In this document: positions 49,991-62,059 of the stretch, piece by piece
Numbering within the stretch: position 1 is the first letter of the stretch
How the letters are laid out: each line of letters begins with the position of its first letter
Source: Tricharina praecox
Lineage: Eukaryota
Assembly (NCBI RefSeq): GCF_024521635.1
Contig: NW_026250434.1
Coordinates: 1-64,000 of the forward strand
Direction of reading: 5' to 3'
DNA: 64,000 nt
Notes under the pieces: generated by a model
Told to the model about the DNA's origin: nothing
The model's input: the letters and a program-made list of their open reading frames with translations, nothing else
Databases searched by the model: none
Position numbers and translations under genes: made by a program

Positions 49991-50420
49991 TGTGTTTTGC
50001 GTCGGTGGTGGTGGTGGTTGAAGGGAGGAGGACGAGAAGTGAGGGAGGACACGGCTGGTGGGGGATGTGACGCACGCAAGGAACCGATACCGACCGGTAT
50101 CTTGAATTAAATTCGGTTATCGCTGGCATATGCTTTTCTTCTTCTGGCTCGGCTTGGCGCATGGCCGGCCCTTCTTTCTTTCTATGTATGCATGTATGCA
50201 TCCTTATCCCTCTCCTTCCCCCTCTCCCGGCCCTAAAACGAAACAGAGAAACGCCATAGCAAGCAAGCAAACAGACAGCACCGTAAAACAACGTACGCAC
50301 CGTACCAGTACATCACAGCATACACATCAAAAGCACATCGCACCGCATAACCCACAACACTAGAAAGGAAAACGCCATAACCCCAACCCACATTCCCATT
50401 CCCATTCCCAATCGCGCCCA

Positions 50421-52356
50421 CTATGTTCCTCTCCCCGCAAACACCGAATACGGCCGAGTCGGCCTAACCGCCAATAGCTGTTCCTTTCCTTGTGGTTTCG
50501 ACGGCGGTGTCGGTGTCGGCATCGGCGGCGACGGCGAAGCACTACCGTTCCCGTTCCTCAGCGGCGACGGCTGCTGCGGCACGGGGGTAGAGCTCCTGCT
50601 GATATTCCTCCCAGCGGGCGCACCCGGCCCGCCGCTGACACCGCCACTGGCCACGAACAGTCCCAGACTCTTCAGATTGGCCAGGGTGTGTCGTATGTCG
50701 ACACAGTAGAGACCGACATGGCTCATGAGCTGCTGCACATCCTTGTTGATGAGGAACACCGCGTACTCGAAGCGGTAGTAGATTGCACCCTTGATCCACA
50801 GCGGGAATGTCCGCGCGCCCTGGATCACACTGATGTCGTCGCGGACGAACGAGCGGCTGCCCATGGGCTTGACGGGGTAGCGGAGCGGTGTGCCGAGGTA
50901 GTAGGACAGTAGGTACACCAGATGTGCTACGTGCCCGAGTGCGGCGGATATGGTGGCTTCGTCGTGGTCTTCGTGGTTGGTCGAGGGCAGGTGCAACGAG
51001 CGGATCGTGAAGGAGAGGGCTTCGCCGGACGGGTGCGGCGCGATGGGGTAGATCTCCATTAGGATTGCCACGATACGTTTCTGCTGCGCCGAGATGGCTT
51101 CGCGCGTGGACGAGAGCGCGATTTTGGAGCGCTCGAGGGTCGTCTGGTTGTCGTCGAGATAGCGCTCGCCGACCTGTTGCGTCTCGCGGCCGCTCTCCAT
51201 TGCCGCCCGCCGGTTGGCCAGCGAGCTAGTGAGGTCTTGTAATTTCCGCTTCGACGTCTCGAGGCGCTTCCGTTCCGACGCGACAGCTTTCAGAACCGTA
51301 GACTTGTGCTCTGCCGCTTGCTCGACAGCTCGGGGGAGCGACAACGCATTCGACTGCAGAACGATGATATCGGAAGTCTGCGCCGTGAGCTTCGCCGAGG
51401 TATTGACCGCGTCCTGGATGCAATCCGACAGGGTATTAAGCTTCATGAGCGCATCATACGAGCTCGTAGTCTGCCAACCATCAGCCTATCCGCACCCATC
51501 ACTGACACATTTCCACGCACCATCGCCGGGTTCCCCCTCTCCCCCATCCCCTCCGTCGTCGCCGCCGCAGGCTCCATTGGTGCCTCCGCCCCCCCATCCC
51601 AAAAGCTAGTGTAAACACCATCGACCAGCTGCCAAACAACCGCATTCCTCGGCAGCGGGGTTCGCCAGTCCTCAAGTGACTCGCCCAGATGCACCAGGCC
51701 CGCGAGACACACGTCCGCCTCAACGACCAGCTTCCACTCCGCGGCACCACCGCCCCATACGCGGATAACCACCCTCTCCAACCTGGTAACCGCAGGCCCA
51801 CACTCCGCCAGGTCAAAGCACTGGAAATCGGCGTTCATCGACTTGGCGATCACCTCGCTGACGTAGAGCGGCTCCCCTTCCTTATCCCCCTGCTCCCCCT
51901 GCTCCCCCTCCCCATCCCCCGACGCAGCAGGTAAATGCAGCGAAAAAAACACATCCCCCCGACGCCTTGACACAACACTCTCCCACCGCCGAAGCTCGGC
52001 AGGACCAAAGCTCTTTGTCGAGCGCCGCCGCAGCGTGCGCGTCTTTCGCGGGTCCTCGCCGTCGCCGTCTTCCACCACTGGGGGTCGCAGGTTGTCGCTG
52101 CTGTCGCGGATGTCGTTGCTGCGGCTGTCGCCGCAGCCGTACGGATCGCCGAGGTTCCGTAGTGATATGCCGGAGAGGTGGCGGAGGCGGCGGTTCTGTC
52201 ACTGTCAGTGTGGATCACGAGGGAGAGGAGCGGGGGGAGCGGGGAGGGGGGGAGGGGGGGGCGCACAGTGCGCAACAGCGTTGGCGGGCGTGGCGGGCGT
52301 GGCGCGCTGGTGGTGGTTGTGGCGGTGCTGCTCAATCCGTCGCTTTCTGAGGGCAT
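50421..52356 (-). CDS. VPS38: UVRAG/Vps38-like PI3K complex subunit (Atg14/UVRAG family); 3 exons
   Basis: Spliced NRRLRHLSGISLRNL; PLYVSEV...NADF; SSYDALMKL; coiled coil; SAALGHVAHLV..LSYYLGTPLRYP..PMGSRSFVRD; FEYAVFLINKDVQQL. Confidence 0.88.
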
Positions 52357-52483
52357 CGTTTGGTGCTGTTGCTGCTGTTGTGGCGGAGGCGGTGGTGCTG
52401 CTTGCTAACTATGTAGCCTTAGGTGAGGTGTGTAGAGCGTGGTGAGTGGTGACGGAGGTTGGAATTAGCTCTCGCTCCGGTTC

Positions 52484-52533
52484 TCGCTCTGGCTCTCGCT
52501 CTTGCTCTGGCTCAGGCTCTGGCTCTGGATCTG

Positions 52534-52564
<31 letters not shown>

Positions 52565-52570
52565 ATCTGG
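52484..52570. repeat. Imperfect (CTCTGG)n hexamer microsatellite
   Basis: Read directly from the sequence, upstream of the VPS38-like gene. Confidence 0.85.
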
Positions 52571-53477
52571 TCGGTGGTGGGTAGAGTAGGTAGGGAGCTG
52601 GGATTGGGATTGGGATTAGGATTAGAATTTGGTAACCGGACCGGACCGCGCAAGCGCGCGAGGAGTCGAGGACAAGTGTGTGTTCACTGGCAGGCTGGCG
52701 GCTCAGCCTTGAGCCAGGATTACGGCATCGGGGATCATCCGTCATCGACCGAGGCCACAGTATGCAGCATCGATTACAGCCTCGCCTCTCGCCTCATTTA
52801 TGATATCGAATCTGCAACGACGAATTTGTACCTCTATTCCCACTTCACGTAGAAACCACCATCCGCAGATTCTGCAAATTCTGCACAAATTCAATCCAAT
52901 TAACCCCCATCAATCCCTATCATCCCCCCATCCCCATCCACGATCATGGAACATCCAGAAATACAGCTCAGGAAGAATCGACACTCAAAGAGAAGAGAAC
53001 AGAAGCACCCGAGATGCGAATAGTTAGAACCAACCACAAAGCCCCCCCCCAACCTAAAACTATGAGAATCCAGCCCGAATGAATAGAAGCAGAAAAGAAG
53101 CAGAAAACGAAAACGAAGCGAAGACAAAATGTTAAATAAGGCGGAAGAGACAAATGCTATAGGTAGGTAGCCTCCCTTCACGCAGAAGCGCAGAACAGAA
53201 AAAGAGCAATACAACAAGTATAAGTATAAAATTTTGCTAAAGTAAAAGAATAGAAGAAAGCAAAGCAAAGCAGTCCCCTACCAAAAAGAAAACAGAGGGG
53301 TTCATTTCCAGGGTGTTCGTAAGCGGCCGTTATGACAAGAGTAAAGTAAAGAAAAAGAGAAAGCCTTCCAGGTAGATGAAATGAGACAACCGTAGAGAAG
53401 AGAAAAAGCGGAAAGATGCCAACACCCAAAAGAAAAACGGAGATAGGAAAAACCTGTCAAGGTATGTATCGAGCTCA

Positions 53478-56189
53478 TCATGCGCGAGCTCTTCGCCGCT
53501 GCATCCATTCTCCCAGCATGCCATCCAGTTGCTGCGAATCGTCAGTATAGAGGCCTCATACTAAAAAAGAATAGACATACCTTAGTTATATCTTCCAGTC
53601 GTCGTGACGACTCTGCAAAGAGCGGCGCAATCTGTGGATGCTGCTTCTGCTGCGGCACGTCGCCCTTATCTTGCTGGACCACAATCAACATGTCCCTGAC
53701 ATCGTTGTCGTCCTCAAAGTACGTCCGCAGACTCCAGTCGGACCAGGTCCTAGTGATGGTATGGTGTTCCACCCCAGTTCCGGGCGACGTGGTGGTCGTG
53801 TCGAACGTCGAGGACCTGTCAATCATCTCGGGTGTCGAATTGATGGGCGACGGGGTGTCATTCGACTCCGCACCAGAGGATGTATCGACAAGTAAGTCCG
53901 GTCGTTCGGCCGCATCGTGGAATGTTATTTGCTCCGGTGACTCCGATAGTCTGTCCACCGCTCTTTCCCTCTCTTGACCATAATCCTGCTGCGCCGATTG
54001 GTACCGCTGCGGCGAGTTCCCTGGCTTGCTATCCTCAGACAGTCTCTGTCGGTAGGGCTGGTAGCTCTGGTAGCTCTGGTGTTGCGAGTTGGTTTCGGTC
54101 GGAGAAGTGATTGGCGATGACCTGTCAGTCTGATCCGTCCGGAGAGTGAGTTGCTCCCTTTCGGGCCGTTTGTCTTCAACTGGAGTTGTACCCGAAGGAC
54201 CAGCCTGCTGCTGCTGTCGCTGCCTGGGCTCCGAGATAGGAGACTGAGCCTCCTTCGTTTCCGAATCGACTCTCCGGATCGTTCCCGCAGTAGTAGCCGC
54301 AGCCTGCTTTCCCTTGGCCTCCCGTTCCCGCTGTTCCCGCTCCCTCTGTTGCCGCTGTCTCTCCTGCTGCCTCCTCTGCTCGTCCCTGATCTGCGCATCC
54401 TCCCTATCCTTCCTCGTCTCCTCTCCCCGACCGTTCGGTGAATCCTGCGAGGCAGATCTCGAGCTGTCGATAGACTGCTTCTCCTGGCTGCCTCCACCTC
54501 CGATCGCAGCAGACTGCAACCACTCCTCGACTTCTTCCTCCTCGTCCTTCCTCCCCTTCTTGTTCCGCTTCTTGAACAGATTGCCCAGGACGCTTCCCTT
54601 CCTGAGTCTGGTTGCCGTCTTGTGGGTCGTCGGCGGCGAGATGACATCTTCCGCCCGGTTCGACTGTCGTCCTTCACGGTCCAGCGAGACCCGGCCGCCT
54701 TTGATGACTTCCGGTTTGGTCGGGGCGGCAACGATGTCGTCGTCGCGCAGGAGGTTGGGCGTGAGCGTGAGCTTCTTGGTTCCCGTGTTCTCGTCGCGGA
54801 AGATGGCCGAGTCGGGATGACGTATAGCTGACGGAGTCGGGTTGGGTCGCAGTTTCACGCCCTCCTCGCTTTCCCTCTTCACGGCAGCTTCAGCTACCCG
54901 CGCCTCGCTCCCGGGAGGGTTGAGGACGCTGACAGTCGGCCTGGCCGCCCTGTCCTTTTCCCCACTATCCCTCTTCACAGGTCCCGCCGCCTTGCTTCCT
55001 TCCGCCTCGTCAGCATCGTCGTGGACTTCAATGTTGCCATCATCCTCGCCTTCGCCCTCGGCACCCTCGGCACCCTCTTCCTCCTCCGAGCTGTATTCGT
55101 ACTCGGAAGCTTCGTGGTATATGGGATCCGTGAACTGCACCGTCTTTGCATTTCGTCGGCGCATCGCCTTCTTAAGGGGATTACGGCTCTTCTCGTGTAC
55201 GGAATCGCTCAGCATGTTGGCCGCCAGGTCGATATTCCGGTGCTTGTTCAATCGCGCTAGACGCTCGGTGGGAGTCTCGATATGTTCGGCAGGTAGATAT
55301 CCTATCGTGACGCAAGCTCAGCGACGGCTCAGCAAACAGGCAGGACGGGGAGCCAAACGTACCTATCGAGGAATCGCGCACTATCCGCACCAACCACCAG
55401 TACGAGTTGCTGTCATCCAGCAGCACCATATGTTCGCCCTTGGCCGCGTTTGCCTGGCCCTCGACGGTAGCATTGAAGTGATGCAGCGCGTAAACCATCT
55501 CGAAATCGATATCCTCTACAATCCGTTGCAAGCATTAACACAGATCCCTTCGAGTAGCGGCGGAACAGGAATCGCACCATCAGCGATACTCGGCGAGCTC
55601 GACATCTTGTCGAGCATATCCTCATCATCCTCGAAACCGTCGTCGCCCGCGACTTCGGCATCCGCCAACTCCCGATCCAACTCATCGCCCTCCTGCTGTC
55701 CCATCTGCTGGTGATTGCCATTACCCGCCGCCGGCCTGTGCTTGTGCCTGCGCCTGCTCCTCCACTACAGTCCGGATCGCTTGTGACGCCGACGCGCCGA
55801 AGCCGTTCGCAGTGCTCGATGGATCGCTGGGCATGTGCGAGTGGTCTTGCGCTGCGGGTGCATCGCGATGTTGTAGGTCAAGGGTGTCTATAGGTGCACG
55901 AAGATGTCATGATTTAGTCGCGTGCTTCGTCTTTACATCCAGGGGAAAGGTGAGGAGAGAGAGGGAGGGAGAGAGGTAAGGAGGGGCAGAGGGAAGGCAA
56001 AGCTAATTCTCCCCGCAGCCGCAGCCGCAGCCGCAGCCGCAGCTCCAGTCGGAGATTGGGTGGTCTCGGAATGACGGGTAGGATACCAGCTTATCGGGAG
56101 CGATGCAGTGTAGGGAGATTCAATTCAAGGGGGGAGTTAGGAGTGGAGGGGGTTATCCTACCGGCTCGGACGATATTTGGACGAGGCAT
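53478..56189 (-). CDS. teaC: SH3-domain cell-end marker (Tea4/TeaC/Bud14-like); apparent frame disruption near 55726
   Basis: MPRPNIVRA|DTLDLQ start; EDIDFEMVYALHHFNATVEGQANAAKGEHMVLLDDSNSYWWLVR..IG|YLPAEHIETPTERLARLNKHRN; KTVQF PP1-docking-like motif; WSDWSLRTYFED; last exon QLDGMLGEWMQRRRARA*. Confidence 0.88.
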
Positions 56190-57206
56190 AGCTGTGATTG
56201 TCGGGTGGATGATTTCAAGAGCTGTCAAGAAGAAAATGAAAGGAGAAAGGGACAATTGCTGGGGGGCCGGCGGGAAGGAGACTATTCTTCAGCAGCGGTT
56301 ACGAATGGACGAGAGCGGCGACGACAACGATACGCATATGCTGCGATAAGAGCACGGGGAAACGAAGGGAAGGGACGGCGGATTGGCTCGGTGGGTCTGG
56401 TTGGTTGGCTGGTTGGACTGGTTGGTGGATGTGGTGCGTATCAAGTGTGTAAGGGTGTTGTCGTCGTCGGGTTGGTTGGTGTTCTACGTATGTTGGTTGT
56501 TGTCTGTGTTCCGGTTGTCGCGGCGGTGAAGGGAAGAAGCGCAACAACCTGTTGATGAACCTTGAACAGCAGACAGGCAAGCTCCTTGCTTCGATCAGCT
56601 CTGCTTACTGCTGCACAGTGAGGCGGCGGAGGCTGAGCTCGGTCGGTCGGCAAATAGAATTAGAATGGAAGAATCGAAGGATGGAAGGAGAGAAAGGGAG
56701 ACAGAATAGAGCACACAAACAAACACACACGCGAAGAGGGGAGACGAAGAAAGGGAGCGCGACGAAGGGACCGATGGAAGGGGAAAGGGTTCGAGCGAGC
56801 GTAGCAACTACTATGGAGCGAGGGGTGGGAAGTGTCAAGGCTTTGTTTCAACTTCAGACTACTAGTGACTACTCACGAACCCGGTCTTCTTCAGACCCCT
56901 CTCGCTACTCTACCACTCTACCACTCTACGATGATGTGTTCGATTCGTTCACCATTCACCATTTTCTGTTGTTGCTCCTCGTCGTCAGTGTTTTCAGATG
57001 AGCATCGAACAGACTTTTCTTCTTCTTCGTCTCTAATTGCCGCAAACTTAACACGCGTCCAAACATGAAGGGCGAGAAAGCGAGTCGAGGCGAGTCGTAG
57101 GCAGTCGGTTCGAGAATGCCAACAGCCACAGCATCACGAGTGTCTAAACGTGTAACAACGCATAGGGCATACGACATACAGCATGAGTACGGCATCGACA
57201 CGAAAG

Positions 57207-57285
57207 AGTGAGTGAGAGTCTGAGTGAGAGAGTCTGAGTGAGAGAGTCTGAGTGAGAGAGTCTGAGTGAGAGATTCTGAGTGAGA
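57207..57285. repeat. 14-bp minisatellite (GAGTCTGAGTGAGA) x about 5
   Basis: Read directly from the sequence. Confidence 0.85.
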
Positions 57286-60200
57286 GCCTGCGAGACATGC
57301 CAACAAGGCGGGTGCTGACAGAGAGCATGCTGACCGACTCCGAGGGGCTTACATACTCCACATACACACAGGCAGCTATTCCGTGAAACCGTGTTCCTCT
57401 AGAGTTTTGTGTTCCTCCAGAGTCCGCAGTTTGAAGTTCGAAGTCTCCCCCTGCGCCATCGTACACAACTTGTAAACCCGTAACCGTAGTTACCCCCAGG
57501 GAAATTGAAGGGCTCGAGATGCATCTACATGATCCATGGCATTTCGTAAAGAAGTTCTACCGTAGAGTGGTAGTTTTATGTAACTAGTATCTAGTCACGA
57601 CTGCGTCCCGCCGCCGAAGATGGACCAGCGCGTCGGGCTCCCACTAAAATAGAGTAGAGTACAGTAGTATTTAGGCCAGTCCGGATTGGCTCTGCTAGAG
57701 TGAGAATAGGTGCTATGTAACGATTCCATAGTCTAGTCATGAAATATCACTCTGCTCCATCACTCAGTCCCATCAATCGCGATGCTCAAGAGTGCTGGAG
57801 AGTGCTCGGGAGCATATTGCCATGGGCGGATATTGCTATGATCTACCTAGATAAGTCGCATGCAATCGATGAATAACGAAACGCTCGAAAGTGCAGAGCA
57901 GCGATCTGGTTCGGCCGGGGGCATGGGAGGCCACGTCGGGTCGGATGGACAGTGGACCAGGCAACGCAGTGTGCACTGCAGAGTATACCTACCCTACTAT
58001 GTATAACTATCGCCATAGTATGATGATATAGATACCCACATACCCACCATTGTAAATAGGAGTGAAGATCCAGTTTCCATTTTGCGTCCCGACTCCCGCA
58101 GATTCATACCGACGCTTCGGCACCCACTCTATTCTCTACGAGTGAGTGAGTGAGTGAGTGAGTCGCTGACTGGCCCGAGACACGAGACACGAAGCCCGCT
58201 CTTTTTCGCCTCTTCCTCTTCGCTGTCCATGACTCCTACCCTATGACGTGTAGGCACCGGCGATTAGTGTCCGGGCAGTGGCCAGGCGGAGGCCAGGGGC
58301 GTCATGGCCAGCGAAGCGAAGCGCGAGCGATTGATACGGGAGCAAGGAGCGGAAGGGTGCTGGAGCTTGACGGAGCGAGGGGCGGAAGGGTGCTGGAGCG
58401 AAGAGTGAGAAGCGAGGTGAGGATCCGGCGAAGAATCCTCCAGCACGCGCGCGGCCTCGCAGAAGGATCTTCTGTGGTGAAACTTTCACATGCGATGATG
58501 GCGACACCTACTACCTACCTTTATCCAAGTACTTTACTTTGATATATATTCCTCCTTGGATAATCTGTGTCCGATTCAAGATCAATATCCCAAGCCAATG
58601 CCAATTGCCAATCCCGCTTTGAAACTCTGCAGCTCTGCAGCGAACGTGCAAGACATCGTCGATTCGCGCAACCTATCGTATCGTGCCCACCACCACCACC
58701 GCCGCCCCACCGCCGCCGCCAACTCTGTGGCGACATACTCCAGTCTTCAGATATTTACCATAAACCCCACTCCACTCACATTCCGACTCGCTATCGCTGG
58801 AGTCCGCCCCGCAACCGCACATCTCAGTGACGAGTACGAGCAGATACTTGGTACGGGCACAGAACGCCGCCTACCCCTCCTTCCGAGTCCCCTTTTTCCA
58901 AGTTCCCTACCAGTATTTGTCATGACTCGTGGCGACAGAATTGGCTTGCAATTAGGTACTGGCTTGTCCCCGAGTCCCGACTCCCCACGTTTTGTTTCTT
59001 TTCCACAAGGAAAAGCGCTGCGTGACCTCTCCTGGGTCTTCTCTATGTACTCATAATTCATACTCGAGGGAAATGTTTCCATTGTCTAGTGCCGCACACA
59101 CGCCCAGACATATACCTACACACACACACACACGAAATCCTCAAGGAATGGGATGGATTCCAATTTCCCTCGCGAGTCGCGGGGGGTGAAGGTGGAAGGA
59201 ATGAAAAGACAAAGCAGCATTTTCTAGACTTCCAGTGGGAAACATAGCACAGGTGAGCCTTAATACTAGCTCACGAGTGCGCTTCAACCGTAGTGTGGGA
59301 CAAAGATGGGACAAAGGTGGGATTTGGGGCCAGACCCGACGTGGTCGCCTCAAAATTGAAATGTTCTCTGTGGCTGCTTTTATGTTTGTCTAGGCTGTCG
59401 GTAGGTCTCTTGTTCAGCACATCAGACACTATCCACCACTGCAGACATCATCCACCACCGCAGAGGTGCTTTGAGATTGTTCAGTCTGGAGATCACAGGT
59501 TGCTTTTCTTTCTTGTTGCTTTTAGTCAATTGAATCTGTCTCATCAGTTGCCCATACCCGTCGAGCCATGGTAGGTATTTCGTCAAAGCACCTTGGTATC
59601 CTGATCGCTACAAATCCTCCTGCTGAGAAATTCTTGAATCCTGATACCCCACTGAGACTCTGTGAGAGCAAGGCCCTCATGATCGATTCCGCGTACTCTA
59701 CATAATCACGTCTTGAGTGGTAGTCAGTAGAGTACTCCACCATCCAGACTCCACATCCCCCCTAGCGCCTCATTCACGATGTCATTCGTGGATTCCAGAA
59801 TTCCCCTAGCCATGTCCTTAGCCATCCACTAGTAGTTATGTATAGCTCAGCCCGCTGCCCCGGCCTATGTAGCCCAGCGCTAATGTCACGATACCTACAT
59901 CATACATACATACCGTAGCCAGGTAGCTAGGTATCTCGCATATGCGCCTTAGTCCTGCGCGCATACGTAGGTATATATGTATATTCATAGGTATGTAGGT
60001 AACTGGCTTTCTTCCAGGCGGACGAACTGGGCGGACAGGCGGACGGGCGGAGCTGAGCATCCTCAGCTGAAGTTCTTGAGCGATTGGACCAGGTTCTGGG
60101 CGTCAACCAGGGACCCTTTGAAGATCGGGGGAAAGTCTGCTTCGAGCTCGGGGCTGTAGTGGACGAGGCGGAGGAGGAGGAGTGATTGACCGTTTCGGGG

Positions 60201-62059
60201 GATTTGGGGGGCGGGTTTCAGACGTGTATGTAGACACCTATGATTTCACGAGAAGCACGAGGCATTCGGCCGATCCCACTTCCAGTCTCCGGCTCTCCCC
60301 GACTGTTCGACATGGTGGTGGTGGTGGCCGTGCGTGAGTGCGTGTGTGAGTGCGTGTGTGAGTGGTGGCTCGGCGGACCGAAAGGATCGACTTTGACTCT
60401 GACTGACTCTGGCTGTGCACGGCCAAGAGCTGGGAAATACTCGACGCAAAACATCGTGTGGAGTACGGGGAGAGGGACGGGGCAACGGGGCAACGGGGCA
60501 AACCAGGGTTGAGCGAATCGAACCGCACGGTAGTTGGATCGTAATGAAGGTGTGCAACCGAGCCCGGGGGTGGAAGGGAAGGGACCTAACGCGGCAAAGG
60601 CGGCGGCGACATTGTGGGGGAAAGTGTGTAGAGTAGGTACTCGGATATATAGAGCATCGGTCGATATCGTGTGTTTTCTTGCGGGAGGTGAGGTGAGGTG
60701 AGGTGGGTTGAGGTGTGGTGAGTTGAGCGGCGGGGATGGTGTTGCACGGGTGGTGGTGGGATGGAAGAAATAATTGTTTTCTGCATTGTTTTCTGCATTA
60801 TTTTCTGGGCTGCTTGTTCGATTTCCGTACAGCCACCACCACCTCCATCTTCTGCCTAACCGAATCCACCGGCTTGTCAGCATTTCTTCTTCTGCAGGGC
60901 GGGTGGGGCGCGGGGGATTGGGGGATTGGAGATGGGGATTGCGGATTGGAGGGTGTGTGGAGGTGTGTGGAGGGCAGAGTGGATCGTGGGGTCAACCAAT
61001 CAGCAGCCGCAGCACCGCATCATAGGCAGCAAAGATAGTCAGCGCAGCCGCGATCCCCACACGATATTCTTTTACGTTGCAGGTCGCCGATAGGCAAAGG
61101 GCTGGCGTGGTAGGGATGTTGAGCTCGCCGTGATTTTCCTAGCAGGGCGTTCCGACGCTGCGAAACGTTTCTTCCGCTCCTGCTTTGCCCGATTCTGTTT
61201 GTCAAACCCAGTCCGGTGCTGCCCACCCCACCCCCTTCCGAGCAGGTTTTGGGCGATGTGGGTGTCTGCCCCCGGCGTGCGCTACACACACCTGCTCTGC
61301 TTCCCCACTCCACCTACTCTAATAATCTGCGAGTCTGGATGGTTGCGAGCGCCATGCATGCTCTGGATCCTTTTATGTACACTTCCGATTTCACCTCCAC
61401 TCCCTCCGTCTCCTCCTCCAACTATCTACATCACCGACTTTGCCCGCTGCGACTCGTAACCAAAAGCCAAAAAGCCACAATCGAACAAGCAAACTTCACC
61501 ATACGACCCGCTTCCGTCGCGCATAACCATCCATCCATCCCGTCCAAGGAAATCGTCTGTCCCCGGTCGACCCTCCGTCCGTCTGCTTTCGACCCAGCCA
61601 TACAAACGTTACCCATTCTTTCCACGACATCCCACGACCAACAACCGGCCACCAACGACACCGTTCGACGAAGCTCAGACTACACACACTCACCCACACA
61701 CGCCGCCCTTCCGCACACCGCTTATCTAGGTTTAAGGTCGCGGAAAGCTTAGATACAGGTTCCCGCAACTCCTAGTCGATTATCGTCGGCCCGTGTCCCC
61801 ACGTCCAGGACCCACATTAGCCACTTCCTCCTCAGACGCACCCTTCCCGCTATACGTAAGGGAAAGGGTCCCCTCCGAAACGTCCCGTCGCCTCCAAACG
61901 CTACTCAACGTTCAACCTCACCCCGTCCGAAACACTTTCAACGTTCGACACACAGACATACACACACAGACATACACACGAGACTCTCCATTCGTCTCGA
62001 AACGTACAACACCCATCTCAACCAAGCACCCACTTGACAAATCAGCTCACACATGCACC

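Noticed and set aside
18850..52356. Functional cluster of trafficking genes (VPS16, MVP1, PTM1, VPS38)
   Set aside because: Interspersed with unrelated housekeeping genes, with no shared regulatory evidence. Likely coincidence.
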